Of a DNA stretch of 64,000 bases, positions 1 through 8,831 are shown piece after piece. Source of the DNA: a virus. The notes under the pieces are model-generated. The model saw nothing but the letters and a program-made list of their open reading frames with translations, was not told where the DNA came from and did no database searches. Made by a program: the position numbers and the translations under genes. Position 1 is the first letter of the stretch, and each line of letters begins with the position of its first letter. The stretch is taken from the IMG/VR virus record IMGVR_UViG_3300048110_000147, positions 32,878 through 96,877 of that record. One strand, 5' to 3'.

Positions 1-1
1 G

Positions 2-304
2 TGCAAGAGTCGCGTCCTTACCATTACGACTGTATAGATGGTACTTACCTTTACCATCAATGGTCATATTAATCTTGTCGACATTGTACTTTGCACTACG
101 GGATGTACTCTTTACAGTGAAAACTCGCTTCTGACTAGAACTAATAGAAGAACCGAAATCAATCTCAATTCGCATTCCCTTCTTTAACTTCTCAAAGTCA
201 GACCGTGATACTGTTGCCTCTGTTAGACCAAGCTGTACCGACTCTTCGACAGACTCAAGCGCAGCAGTGACCTTACCTTCTCTTAATTCCTGAAATGTTT
301 TCAC
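2..304 (-). CDS. Partial ORF (runs off the left edge); putative internal head protein with capsid-targeting-like N-terminus
   Basis: Manually translated from GTG at 304: MKTFQELREGKVTAALESVEES..., open to the window edge; N-terminus resembles T4 internal protein CTS (MKTYQEFIAE). Confidence 0.75.
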   Translation of the reverse strand, partial: MKTFQELREGKVTAALESVEESVQLGLTEATVSRSDFEKLKKGMRIEIDFGSSISSSQKRVFTVKSTSRSAKYNVDKINMTIDGKGKYHLYSRNGKDATLA

Positions 305-305
305 T

Positions 306-488
306 TTAACTTCCTCTGGATGCGCCTCGAAATACCTTAGACGGAGCGCGGTTTGTATTATTTAATTTGAGACTGGGGCCTTGCGACCCCGTCATGTTAA
401 ACTTATTATTTTCAGAACTAGTAGACTGCAACCTTTCTCGTTTCTCTTGAGACATCTTTTTGTTGCGAGGTTTCTTAGTCTTACTCAT
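306..488 (-). CDS. Small basic hypothetical protein
   Basis: 60 aa K/R-rich ORF with AAGGA RBS, tightly packed between neighbours. Confidence 0.65.
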   Translation of the reverse strand: MSKTKKPRNKKMSQEKRERLQSTSSENNKFNMTGSQGPSLKLNNTNRAPSKVFRGASRGS

Positions 489-511
489 ATTTATTCCTTA
501 TGATACCTTAG

Positions 512-2482
512 TTAGAATGGATGATCACTGTCTGGTGTAATATTGACTGGTGTTGCCGTAGTTAACGTTTCTTTGTTCAGAGTTAACAGTTCAGTGTCAG
601 CGTCTGATATGAAAGCTGCAGCTGGCGGAGTAAAGTCTGCACTATAACGCGCAGCAGAACTTATACGGAAGTCAAACAACATTCCACCGAAGAATGCACC
701 AATCTTGTGAGTTCCGGTAGTGCCGTAGTTCCTATCGTGTCCGTAACTTCCACCATATCCGCCTTGCTTAACACCATTCAGGTATAAGTCTACGGAAGCT
801 GTTGGGTTTCCATTGACCGTAATCGCTGGAGACTTAACGATAGCCCAGTGGTTCCACCCTGCTTCTTGCCATATTTGTCCGTCCCACGTCATGTTGACGT
901 CTCCACTGCCGCCATCACGGAACATTATTTCAGTTCCGCCATCCCAACCACTTATAGCGATAGTGTGTCCGTTAGAGAATTCTATCAGATTATCGTTGCC
1001 TGGGTTAACACCATCGGTGTTCGCCCAGAATTCAATCGTCCATCCAGCATCACCGTTGCTGTGAGATAGAGAACCACCTTCATAAGTTGCATATGAAGAT
1101 CCATTATCACCGAACTGCCATGCGAAAGATGGAGCTGGTGGAGCTGGCGGTGGTGGGAATGGGAATTGAACCATATGTAATCTAGTGCTGAATTGTTGAA
1201 CGTGTTCTGATCGGTCAACATTAGGTTCGTCAATTCTGTAAGGTGTCGCAGATAGGTCACTTAGGTCATATTTCCATATGTATGATCCTGCAGCATTCCA
1301 TACCTGATAAACAGATCCTGCACCTGCACTTCCTCTATCCGAAACATATAGATAATCTCCATCTGAGACCATCGATGCACCAAATCGATCGGAACCTTGA
1401 TCAGTATTATTAGATAACGGTGCTGTTATTATCTGACTAGGGGAAGACAAGTTTGACTTATCATATACATAAACCCTACCCTGTTGATTGTCACTCCCTA
1501 CTTTTTCAAGCATAGCACTTATGATAAACTTATCATTAGTTTCTACTACTTGAGAGGCAAATGCAGACCAGTCATTATTTGGAGATGGATAGTTTATAGT
1601 AGATACAAGGTTTCCGGTTGTTATATCTCGTATCTGCATCTGACCATAATGATTAGTCGAATTATCAGGATTGTACGACGCATTTACGCCCACATAGATC
1701 TGACTTCCATCATTTGAAATACGTAGACCCATATAATCACAATTTCCTTGAAGATCTTGATCAGTTAGGTGTATTGGTGATGATAGGTCGGATAAATCAT
1801 ATATAGAAACATTTCCATAATTAGAATTAGGACTGGAATTATCATTGTAGGCTTCGTCACCTATAACTAGATGATTGTCATTGGCAGACATATATCTACC
1901 AAAATCGTATTGTGTGTTGACTGTAGGCCTGGTGTCCGTAATAATTGTTGGTGCCGCAGATAAATCACTAACGTCATAAACATAAATTTGACGACGACCT
2001 CTTGCAGAAACAAACAGGTGTGTATCATTGGCCGCTATAGAATTACCAAAATAACCATACTCTTGAGGTGATGGTTCTGTTAATGTTGCGACAGGAGTGG
2101 TTAAGTCGGACTTATCGTAAGCATATACTACACCTTGATTGATAAATCCACCAAGATCCTCATAATCAGCTGAAATAAATAATTGAGTATGGTTGGATGC
2201 TACGACACTCTCCCCGAACCGATCACTATATCCACCCCACGGGTCAGTATCGCTGCCGTTAGGGTTATGGATTATGATAGGGTCCGCATCGATGTCATAT
2301 ACGTCAAACAAGTACAGTCTTTCCAGATATTTGTTAGTACCAGAAGTTCTGTTACCTTCAGCCACTCGTGCCATCAAATAGGTCGGAATTGGTGGTCCTA
2401 CGTATGGTGGGTTGTCTGCGTCTACACCGGCAATTACTTGACCGGCATTAAACACCGCACCCGCTAAAATTTGATTTGCCAT
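512..2482 (-). CDS. Putative virion surface protein: FG-GAP-like beta-propeller plus C-terminal LamG/ConA-like lectin domain
   Basis: Repeats of FG...(V/I)Y(V/A)YDxSDLxxP; Pro hinge PFPPPPAPPAP; C-terminal WTIEFW...WNHWAIV...LYLNG...FRISSAARY typical of LamG-like domains. Confidence 0.65.
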   Translation of the reverse strand: MANQILAGAVFNAGQVIAGVDADNPPYVGPPIPTYLMARVAEGNRTSGTNKYLERLYLFDVYDIDADPIIIHNPNGSDTDPWGGYSDRFGESVVASNHTQLFISADYEDLGGFINQGVVYAYDKSDLTTPVATLTEPSPQEYGYFGNSIAANDTHLFVSARGRRQIYVYDVSDLSAAPTIITDTRPTVNTQYDFGRYMSANDNHLVIGDEAYNDNSSPNSNYGNVSIYDLSDLSSPIHLTDQDLQGNCDYMGLRISNDGSQIYVGVNASYNPDNSTNHYGQMQIRDITTGNLVSTINYPSPNNDWSAFASQVVETNDKFIISAMLEKVGSDNQQGRVYVYDKSNLSSPSQIITAPLSNNTDQGSDRFGASMVSDGDYLYVSDRGSAGAGSVYQVWNAAGSYIWKYDLSDLSATPYRIDEPNVDRSEHVQQFSTRLHMVQFPFPPPPAPPAPSFAWQFGDNGSSYATYEGGSLSHSNGDAGWTIEFWANTDGVNPGNDNLIEFSNGHTIAISGWDGGTEIMFRDGGSGDVNMTWDGQIWQEAGWNHWAIVKSPAITVNGNPTASVDLYLNGVKQGGYGGSYGHDRNYGTTGTHKIGAFFGGMLFDFRISSAARYSADFTPPAAAFISDADTELLTLNKETLTTATPVNITPDSDHPF

Positions 2483-2504
2483 TTGTTCTAAATTCCTTTA
2501 AGTT

Positions 2505-2777
2505 TTATGCTAAGTCTTTGTCATGGTTGAGGCCGCCTTTCTTCTTCTTGACGATGAAAGCGTTAACCCTTGCCATTCCCCATTGTTGTGGTGTGGTGCC
2601 TGGGCGGTGACCCGTTTTCCATGCAGCAACCCCTCTATTATATACTTTACGCAAAGTGTCCGATGATATACCAGACTTCTTTGACTTCGCTGCGATACCA
2701 TCTGGACCTTCATCAAGATCTAGGGTATCATACATTCCATATCTCTTTTCACTGAGATATTGTTTAAATTTTATCAT
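2505..2777 (-). CDS. DUF5824-like protein with capsid-targeting-like N-terminus
   Basis: MIKFKQYLSE start; SGIS..LRKVYNRG.AAW..GHRPG..PQQW..ARVNAF motif recalled from a family shared by T4-like phages and large DNA viruses. Confidence 0.65.
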   Translation of the reverse strand: MIKFKQYLSEKRYGMYDTLDLDEGPDGIAAKSKKSGISSDTLRKVYNRGVAAWKTGHRPGTTPQQWGMARVNAFIVKKKKGGLNHDKDLA

Positions 2778-4474
2778 GCCAAATCTCCGATCATTTGTGC
2801 AAGTGCTTTGCGATCCATATCCAGTCCAAATTTACGAATTGCATTCGCGGCATGGAATTCATGAGACCTTCCGTCACCAGACTTCTTCAATTCTTTTTTG
2901 ATATACTGTGCAACTTTAGTGTATTTATTCTTATTAACAGTCTTGGCTCCGATCTTATGCATTAAATCAGTTACCCAGTTTTCTAGTATATCGTTTTCTT
3001 CTGCAACACAATTAGGGACCATCTTGTTCCCTTTCTTCTTCATACCAACTTCTTTGTACCCATCCCAACAATCTTCATCGTACATGTCTTTAAATGACTT
3101 GGTGTACTTGGATGGTTTAGTCTTAGCGGTCTTATCTCCAGGCGCTGGTTTATATGCAGATGAATCGTCGTCTGCTTTCTTACCATGTTTCTTGAAGTGT
3201 GCATCACGCTTTACCTTAGTAGACTTTTCAAGTCCCTTGTGGTAGCGAGATGGTTGAGTACCCTCACGGTCTTTGATATCTGGATCCTGTGACTCATACC
3301 TGATTATAGGACCATCTGTCCTATAATCTTTTTTACGCATGATACTTTTACCATATACTTGAAACTTACCGTCATCATATTTCACAACAACGGGGATGTT
3401 TATATCAGACTGTATATCTTTCAATACTGGCTGGATATCGGTATCTCCATATTGCTTAATGCCTTTGCCCTTATTCTTTACAATTTTCTTAAGCAGACGT
3501 TGGAGTTCTGTTACCTTGATAGCAGGGTCATTTCTCTTATCGTTCATACGGTCTGCAAAGTGTGGTGTAAATTTAATGTCAATGTTGAACTTCTTCAACA
3601 TACGATCACTGAACTTTTTTAAATCGTTAAGTTGCGCTTGGGACACATTTTCGGAGATCAACTCCACAGCCTCTAGCCACTTGCGCATCTTCTTACCATC
3701 GTTGGTTTCAACGATAACGTAGTTTGCACCTAGGACGGATATAGTAGCAACCTCATCACTTTCTTTGATTACTACCATATCCCCTACCTCGAACAATTCA
3801 CCTTGCACGAACTTCTCTCGTGTTTCGGATACTGTCTCTAGTTCTAGGTGATTACGGAATTCACTGGCTTCCTTTAATCCCATACCTCTACGCACGTCGT
3901 TGAATAGCTTACGTGTGTCTGGATTGGACATGGATTTAGGAACACCCTGTGAGAAAGAAACGAAATCATTATTAGATGCGTTCTCTCTTTGTTTTGAAGC
4001 TGACATACCTTCAATACCAATAGAATCTGGATCTCTCTTACCGGCAGATACTATTCTGATATTCTTGAAATTATAAAAACCATGTCTTGCTTTCTGTCCG
4101 TTGTACTTGTTCAACAGGACTTCGAATTCTGTAATTCTGTCGTCACCGACAACCATAGTTACTGACTTATAACCTTGGTCATACAGTGCGACCATGGCGT
4201 TGATAGCGGTCTTAACAGACTTATCTACCATGATATTCCGTGCATGTTTCGGAAACATCTTACGAGTGTGTTTGATTTTATCGGAGTACGATAGCGGATT
4301 CTTCTTTGCGTCCTGTGATTGTGACGCAAATACTTTATAGTCTGATTTCCCAGACTTCATCGCTAACGCATCCATTACCTTGCCGTGTCCCACCGTAGGT
4401 GGATTCATACGACCAAACGTGAAATATACTTCGCGTTCCTCTTCAACAAGGTATTGACTGAAATTTTTAATCAC
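2774..4474 (-). CDS. Cytidylyltransferase-like (HxGH) nucleotidyltransferase fused to further domains; capsid-targeting-like N-terminus
   Basis: FGRMNPPTVGH, NPL, VVGDDR, SAGKRDPD, MSASK motifs of the T4-like marine phage cytidyltransferase family; MIKNFSQYLVE start; C-terminal FTPHFADRMND and CWDGY..VG.KKKG..MVPNCV modules. Confidence 0.8.
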   Translation of the reverse strand: MIKNFSQYLVEEEREVYFTFGRMNPPTVGHGKVMDALAMKSGKSDYKVFASQSQDAKKNPLSYSDKIKHTRKMFPKHARNIMVDKSVKTAINAMVALYDQGYKSVTMVVGDDRITEFEVLLNKYNGQKARHGFYNFKNIRIVSAGKRDPDSIGIEGMSASKQRENASNNDFVSFSQGVPKSMSNPDTRKLFNDVRRGMGLKEASEFRNHLELETVSETREKFVQGELFEVGDMVVIKESDEVATISVLGANYVIVETNDGKKMRKWLEAVELISENVSQAQLNDLKKFSDRMLKKFNIDIKFTPHFADRMNDKRNDPAIKVTELQRLLKKIVKNKGKGIKQYGDTDIQPVLKDIQSDINIPVVVKYDDGKFQVYGKSIMRKKDYRTDGPIIRYESQDPDIKDREGTQPSRYHKGLEKSTKVKRDAHFKKHGKKADDDSSAYKPAPGDKTAKTKPSKYTKSFKDMYDEDCWDGYKEVGMKKKGNKMVPNCVAEENDILENWVTDLMHKIGAKTVNKNKYTKVAQYIKKELKKSGDGRSHEFHAANAIRKFGLDMDRKALAQMIGDLA

Positions 4475-4845
4475 TTTTTATCGCCTTTGCCTCGGTTGCG
4501 TTTACGTTCCATCTCTTGCTTTCGAACGACTTTTATAAGCTTACGAGCATTACGATCTATTCTTGCTTGTATGGCAGGCTTCTCCATTCTCTTCTCGATA
4601 TCTTTCTTACGAGAGAATGACATCTCACCCTTATCTTGACCTTTAGTAATCTTTGAGACTACTGCCTTACGTGCTTGTTTACGTGCACGTTTCTTCAAGG
4701 TGTCCATAGATGCAGTTTTTCTTTCTGCACGTTTTCGCGCCATGGCGATTCGTGCCTTATTCTTTTTCATTCGCATCGCGAGTTTTCGACGTTGTGCCAT
4801 GTCGAGTACTTCCGATACCATATCTTTAAATGACAACATAGTCAT
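4471..4845 (-). CDS. Highly basic helical protein with capsid-targeting-like N-terminus
   Basis: MLSFKDMVSE followed by very K/R-rich helices, similar in character to T4 prohead core/internal proteins. Confidence 0.7.
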   Translation of the reverse strand: MTMLSFKDMVSEVLDMAQRRKLAMRMKKNKARIAMARKRAERKTASMDTLKKRARKQARKAVVSKITKGQDKGEMSFSRKKDIEKRMEKPAIQARIDRNARKLIKVVRKQEMERKRNRGKGDKK

Positions 4846-4871
4846 CTATTCCTCTATTGGTTTATTCCATA

Positions 4872-6092
4872 TTATCTACGGGCTGAATCCCAACCCTTTA
4901 ATATATCGGATGAAAAGTTGTTGTATGAAAATTCCATACGGTCAACCAATTTCACCGCGTCACCACCAAGCGTATCAATTGCAACGTATCCTTCTTCACC
5001 AGTCACTTTGTAACCATTAGAAGTTTTCACGAAAGTATCAATCGATTTAAGTTTGTCTAAACTATTTATAAGTTTTAATTTGACTAAAACAATTAATTTT
5101 TGCAATTCAAACATCTTAACTAGATTAGCCTTGTTTGTATCGGAGAAAAACTCCATCTCATCCTTCATTTTGGCAATCCAATTGTCCTTACCACGTTGAG
5201 ATTTCTTGCTTGCAATCTCTTTTTTGTAGTAAGCTTGTCTATTACTTATCAATCCCTTAACATGCTTTTTTGAGTCTGGGAGTAAGGACCCTGCACGAAC
5301 GAACGAATTATTGTATGTTTCAATCGCCTGTGCGATATCAGGATTATCTGCGAGGGTCTTAATAGTGGTAGCAGAAGTCTGCTTGAACAAACGACCTATC
5401 TGGGTTAGTAGATCATTGACCGCTTTGGTTTCACGTTCAGACATCGTAGCATTAGTTGCGTCTTTCAACATTGCATCCTGTGACCATACGTTTACAGAAT
5501 TGCGAAATTTCGACACGTCAACCCCATATGTCGCTCGCATCGACTCAAACGTATCGCCAGTGTATGTTGTGTGCCATACGATACCGATCTTAGCAGCACG
5601 TACTTCTTTCGCCTGATCATAGGGAACTGCGTATGCGATTGTGTTCGGGTGGAACACACTATACTTCTGACCATCGATGGTCTTAGTAGTGACATCTCCG
5701 TCACCAAATAAAAAGTCGCCTTGCACAACACCATCGATTCCTAGTGACGGTAAATACTTGAGTGCGTCTTTCAACTTAGAGTTCAGATCACCTGACGTGT
5801 CCGCGTCGATGTCTGCGTCGGTCTTGTAGACCTTTGGGTTCTTGTTGAAGATACCTTTCTTAGCAACGAAGAACTTACCGTCGGATGGATCAATACCACA
5901 GAATACCGCAGGCGCACCGTCCCATTTCACTGACACACGACCACTACCAGATCCAGCTAACAAATCCCGCAAACTACGCAGGGCATTGATCGCCTGACGT
6001 GTGCCGTCAACTCCACCGTAAAGAACTTTGTCCTCAATGTGAGTCATGTGAGTGTTCTTCTGTTCGGTGATAAACTCTGCAAACTTTTCCAT
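4872..6092 (-). CDS. ATP-dependent ligase/capping-superfamily nucleotidyltransferase-like protein (DUF6267-like) with capsid-targeting-like N-terminus
   Basis: Motif I-like VSVKWDGAP, motif III-like VQGDFLF, motif IV-like EEGYVAI, motif V-like VKLVDR; start MEKFAEFITE (ATG at 6092). Confidence 0.7.
   Translation of the reverse strand: MEKFAEFITEQKNTHMTHIEDKVLYGGVDGTRQAINALRSLRDLLAGSGSGRVSVKWDGAPAVFCGIDPSDGKFFVAKKGIFNKNPKVYKTDADIDADTSGDLNSKLKDALKYLPSLGIDGVVQGDFLFGDGDVTTKTIDGQKYSVFHPNTIAYAVPYDQAKEVRAAKIGIVWHTTYTGDTFESMRATYGVDVSKFRNSVNVWSQDAMLKDATNATMSERETKAVNDLLTQIGRLFKQTSATTIKTLADNPDIAQAIETYNNSFVRAGSLLPDSKKHVKGLISNRQAYYKKEIASKKSQRGKDNWIAKMKDEMEFFSDTNKANLVKMFELQKLIVLVKLKLINSLDKLKSIDTFVKTSNGYKVTGEEGYVAIDTLGGDAVKLVDRMEFSYNNFSSDILKGWDSARR
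5063..5070 (-). promoter_or_regulatory. T4-type late promoter (TATAAATA), inside the ligase-like gene
   Basis: Exact TATAAATA on minus strand about 220 bp upstream of the 4845 start. Confidence 0.45.
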
Positions 6093-6571
6093 TACCATGC
6101 GCCTGGCGCTCCTTTCCTCTTAATGTACCAGATAGTACCGGACGAATCGGTGTCGGAATGTACTCTGTACTTGTTACCTACTGCTTTCTTAACAAGACGA
6201 CCATACAGTCTTTCACGACCTTGCAGTCCGGTCTTCTTGACATTCTTGTCCTTGGCAGCGGATAAGTGCATATACTTGGGATTTTCCATTTTAATGAACT
6301 GAGTAATCATTTTCATAACAGTCGCCATGATACGTAATGCATCACCTTCACCCGTCACTTTTTGTTCACCGTTACGTTCGAAACTAATCTCCCAATCTAT
6401 GTAATCATCGTCATCGATATGTTCATCACCTTCGATGTTTATATTTAATTTGCCACCATCATCAAGTTCAACTGTAGAACGATACCCTTGTCTTCCGTCC
6501 TTCTTTAATACAGCCGGATATGGGTTGTTGAGTGTTTCTTGAAGTTCTGTAAATTCTGTAAATTTTTTCAT
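6092..6571 (-). CDS. Hypothetical internal head protein (possibly DUF6934/GNAT-like fold)
   Basis: MKKFTEFTELQE start; G.GDA.RI.ATV...F...K..GR.RLY.RL pattern. Confidence 0.65.
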   Translation of the reverse strand: MKKFTEFTELQETLNNPYPAVLKKDGRQGYRSTVELDDGGKLNINIEGDEHIDDDDYIDWEISFERNGEQKVTGEGDALRIMATVMKMITQFIKMENPKYMHLSAAKDKNVKKTGLQGRERLYGRLVKKAVGNKYRVHSDTDSSGTIWYIKRKGAPGAW

Positions 6572-6579
6572 TATTATTC

Positions 6580-7956
6580 CTAACTATACTTTAAAAAGAC
6601 CGAACTTTTCGGGGTCGAAGATGATGCTATACTTATCACTTGGGACATTACTTCATCCGATTTTCTTTTGGTCAACATAGTGTATATGAATTGCATACCT
6701 AAGAATTTACTGTATAACCACTCATTGCTATAATCCGCTAAGAATAATGCCATGTCTTCTTCAGTCATGTCCACATCACCTAAGTAATTGTACATCTTGG
6801 TGAATTCAGTAATAGTCGTGTTATTAGTAATTCTAGATTTTATCTTAAATTCGCTTTGATTGTGATACTCTCTATCGGCAATACCAGAGAACTGTAATGC
6901 TGTCTGCAAGTTACCACCACCAATCTTACCGCCTGCGGCAGTCGTACCTTTAATCTCTCCCTGCCAACCAGACATTACCGAACTAAATGTTCGAATTTGC
7001 ATATTATACTCTTTACTGCCAAGTTTATAGGTGACATACACGTCCTTACTCGCAGTCCCTGCACGAGGGTATGAAGTCGACCAATCTACGTTCTTACCCA
7101 TACCAGAAATCGCATACTTAACAAACTTGGCTTCTGGTCTTGGAGTACCTCCGTTGAACTCTTCCTCGTAGCACGTCTTCGCATTACTTGCAAGTTTCTT
7201 CAGAGAGACTCCAATTAAATTCTTGTTCTTGTATTCCTGTAACAGTAGTTGGTTAAAATCGTCTAGATTATCTTGATCGGTGTTAAGAGAAAATCCTATT
7301 CTCATTGCCCACATGTCAGACGGGTTCCACTTGTTGACGTTAAGTGTTATACCAGCAGCTCTCTTCAACGTCTTATAGTTATTCTCTATACTAGTGACTA
7401 CTGTACCACCTCGCAAAAACTTATAGTTACCTGTCCCCAACTTACCTGACAATTTATTACTGATAACTACTGCTGAATTCTTCCATGCCTCATCTAATCC
7501 ATCGAGACATTGCTTCAGAGTTCTATCACAATCGGTAAATCTGGATATAGTAGAAGCGTCCAATAAATCGATTGCCTCTAACCAACTGTTTAAACTACTT
7601 CCTTTCTTTTGACGGGCGGCAGATACGTATGCGTGAAAACATTCACCTAGTGCGGTAATCTCATCACCGGCACCTGAACCACCTTGTCCACTGAATGGTG
7701 CCTTATCTATCTTGGTCCAAGAATAACCATTAAATATAGGAAGAAACCTACTACCCATCTTAAAAGCACTATTGACTTTACTGATATCTCTTTTTTTAAC
7801 AGCAGATATCCAAGAAACAACTTCGTCAGTCATGTTAACTACTTGCTTATTGGTTACACCTGCGAACTTGATCTCTTTACCGTTTTCGATCTCGATTGCT
7901 ACCTTCTCTAGGTAACCTTTATCGAATTTAGCATCTGATCCAGTAAAATTTGCCAT
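6580..7956 (-). CDS. Putative PD-(D/E)xK-like nuclease (restriction-endonuclease fold)
   Basis: Helix-borne E (ALGECF), KWNPSDMW and IGVSLKK resemble the D...S-L-K active-site variant; 458 aa. Confidence 0.5.
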   Translation of the reverse strand: MANFTGSDAKFDKGYLEKVAIEIENGKEIKFAGVTNKQVVNMTDEVVSWISAVKKRDISKVNSAFKMGSRFLPIFNGYSWTKIDKAPFSGQGGSGAGDEITALGECFHAYVSAARQKKGSSLNSWLEAIDLLDASTISRFTDCDRTLKQCLDGLDEAWKNSAVVISNKLSGKLGTGNYKFLRGGTVVTSIENNYKTLKRAAGITLNVNKWNPSDMWAMRIGFSLNTDQDNLDDFNQLLLQEYKNKNLIGVSLKKLASNAKTCYEEEFNGGTPRPEAKFVKYAISGMGKNVDWSTSYPRAGTASKDVYVTYKLGSKEYNMQIRTFSSVMSGWQGEIKGTTAAGGKIGGGNLQTALQFSGIADREYHNQSEFKIKSRITNNTTITEFTKMYNYLGDVDMTEEDMALFLADYSNEWLYSKFLGMQFIYTMLTKRKSDEVMSQVISIASSSTPKSSVFLKYS

Positions 7957-7991
7957 CTCTAGAATCCTCTTTACTCTAAGTTAGTCCCTAG

Positions 7992-8019
7992 AGTATAACA
8001 GATACTATTTATATGTCAA
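7992..8019 (-). promoter_or_regulatory. Composite early (TTGACA-N16-TATACT) and late (TATAAATA at 8006-8013) promoter
   Basis: Minus strand reads TTGACA-TATAAATA-gtatctgt-TATACT upstream of the 7956 start. Confidence 0.65.
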
Positions 8020-8728
8020 GAGCATTTGTACTATTTTCTTCGTTATATTGGGCGATAGTATCTCGTAATGGACGCACCCAGTTGTCACGATGTTCGATAA
8101 ACACCTGTGGTTCATGGTTGTCGACAGAGATAATAGTCACAAGTTGGGTGATAGGCATACCCGTGCGTTCTTCCCACATAATAGAATATGCAGACTCTTG
8201 CATGAAGTAGTTCTTGATCCAGTCAAGACGTTTGGGTTTCATGGATGTCTTGTAGTCAATGATGGAAGGTTTGCCATCAAAGATGCCCACACAATCCACA
8301 CGACCAGCGACACCTAGGTGCGTAGAGTAGAGTGGTGCTTCTTGAGCGTAGACTGTACCAAGACGTTCATCAAGGATGGGTTTGAGTTTCAGGAAAGACT
8401 CGATTAAATCGGGAGTACGTTTGGTCAACGTTTGTTCACCAGTGTCGATATTCATCGCCATGTACTTGTCATAGTCGGGGTCGTTGTTTACGTACTGTTC
8501 ACAAATTTCGTGAACCGCAGTACCACGCGTAGATGCGCGATAGGAGATACGGTTTGCTTCTTTCTCACCGACACGAGCACGCCACTTTGCAATGGAGTCA
8601 CGGGACAGTATAGAAAGGACCGTAGTGATAGAAGGTAGTTGAATACCTTCGGGAGTTTTGTATTGACGGCCCATGTCTGTAGTAACAGCAGTCATTTCGG
8701 TCAAAGGGATAGGTTCGTGTGTAAACAT
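8009..8728 (-). CDS. PD-(D/E)xK exonuclease (Cas4/RecB-like phage exonuclease)
   Basis: LPSITTVL, RGTAVH, AGRVD, IIDYKTS, Q..AY motifs. Confidence 0.85.
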   Translation of the reverse strand: MFTHEPIPLTEMTAVTTDMGRQYKTPEGIQLPSITTVLSILSRDSIAKWRARVGEKEANRISYRASTRGTAVHEICEQYVNNDPDYDKYMAMNIDTGEQTLTKRTPDLIESFLKLKPILDERLGTVYAQEAPLYSTHLGVAGRVDCVGIFDGKPSIIDYKTSMKPKRLDWIKNYFMQESAYSIMWEERTGMPITQLVTIISVDNHEPQVFIEHRDNWVRPLRDTIAQYNEENSTNALDI

Positions 8729-8759
8729 AATATAGTCCAGTTCAATTCAATATACCAGT

Positions 8760-8789
8760 ATTATAACATCTTTTAGAAACGTTTGTCAA
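8760..8789 (-). promoter_or_regulatory. Sigma70-type early promoter
   Basis: TTGACA-N18-TATAAT upstream of the exonuclease. Confidence 0.7.
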
Positions 8790-8831
8790 GGGCAAACGGT
8801 GACTATTTTTACGGTATTGGTCAAATAAGAA

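Noticed and set aside
8009-8728. Cas4-like nuclease as a sign of CRISPR-Cas
   Set aside because: No repeat-spacer array or other cas genes, and no four-Cys cluster; an ordinary phage exonuclease.
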